DNA of 64,000 nt from Eledone cirrhosa (taxonomy: Eukaryota), in assembly GCA_964016885.1 (NCBI GenBank), contig OZ024742.1, positions 188,728,001 through 188,792,000 on the forward strand, read 5' to 3'. Position numbers and translations under genes: made by a program. Shown here one piece after another: positions 63,157-64,000 of this stretch (positions are counted from its first letter, which is position 1; each line of letters starts with the position of its first letter). The notes beneath the pieces were generated by a model, which did not search any database, had not been told where the DNA came from, and saw only the letters and a program-made list of their open reading frames with translations.

Positions 63157-63847
63157 TGTGTATGTCTGTGTATATGGGTATGTGTGTGTGTGTGTGTAGA
63201 TATAGCCTAATGATACACCACACCTCATCACTTACAGCAATAGCGGAGAAGTTCCACTAAAACATTAACATTGTGAGTGAGTGTAAATGATAAGCCGCCA
63301 TTAATAGTTGAGAGGAAGAAGACAACGATGATGACGAATATAGGGAGGATGAGAAAGAGTAGAAAAAGAGGAGGAGGAGCTGGAGTAGGATGATGTTGCT
63401 GTTGATAATGATGTAATTTTTTTTTCATGGGTTTACGTTGTCAGTAGCAACGTTAAAATGTAGCACGTACTTAGAGGATTATCTGGGATAATGCACTAGT
63501 TTATAAATTTCTCTTTAAAATGAGAGAATATGAGATCAACAGACTTAAATCATTATTACCTGATAAAGATTAATTCAGATTAAAATCCAATCTCTCTTAT
63601 TAAAAATCATTGAAATTATGAAATACAAATATATTCAAGTTTCATAAGCAAATATAGGGGTCTATATACGCCTTTATTCTGAATCACGTTATGCTAGTAC
63701 AATCGAAAATTAACACAAGGCAGTTGAGATATCATTTTATTTAAATAAGCTCTCAATAAGAATTATTTGTCGACAAACTTTGTAAGACTTTACTTTCAAA
63801 TCTCGAAAGTTATCGTGATTAAACGAGAGCGGGAAGGAGAATAGTAC

Positions 63848-63969
<122 letters not shown>

Positions 63970-64000
63970 ATATATATATATATCATTAGCATTAATCGAC

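Overview
This is a repeat-saturated eukaryotic window with no host gene that I can support. It is most likely an octopod cephalopod, inferred from the SINE families and the extreme (TA)n content. Nearly all listed ORFs are translations of microsatellites. The real coding remnants are all from transposons: three clades of Penelope-like retroelements (PLEs: Naiad-like 13.1-14.4 kb, Neptune-like 28.3-32.9 kb, Nematis-like 55.0-56.8 kb), a decayed Helitron (36.35-40.44 kb) plus a non-autonomous one, two L1/Tx1 3' fragments sitting in microsatellites, RTE fragments and many tRNA-derived SINEs. The most striking feature is more than 20 small non-coding islands in or next to (TA)n tracts, from many unrelated families. 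They share parts of one architecture: a fold-back (inverted-repeat) body, a minimal type I hammerhead ribozyme, and a one-sided 3' tail. Some of the hammerheads carry the compensatory U3:A8 core variant. In about 12 families the tail carries the same covarying bulged stem-loop (RCUC-stem-loop-stem-UH-GAGY), usually 2-8 nt beyond the point where the short arm ends. I propose this is an undescribed cis-acting RNA element for PLE reverse transcription; that function is inference, not demonstrated. All pairings and identities were read by eye, with no alignment or folding software.
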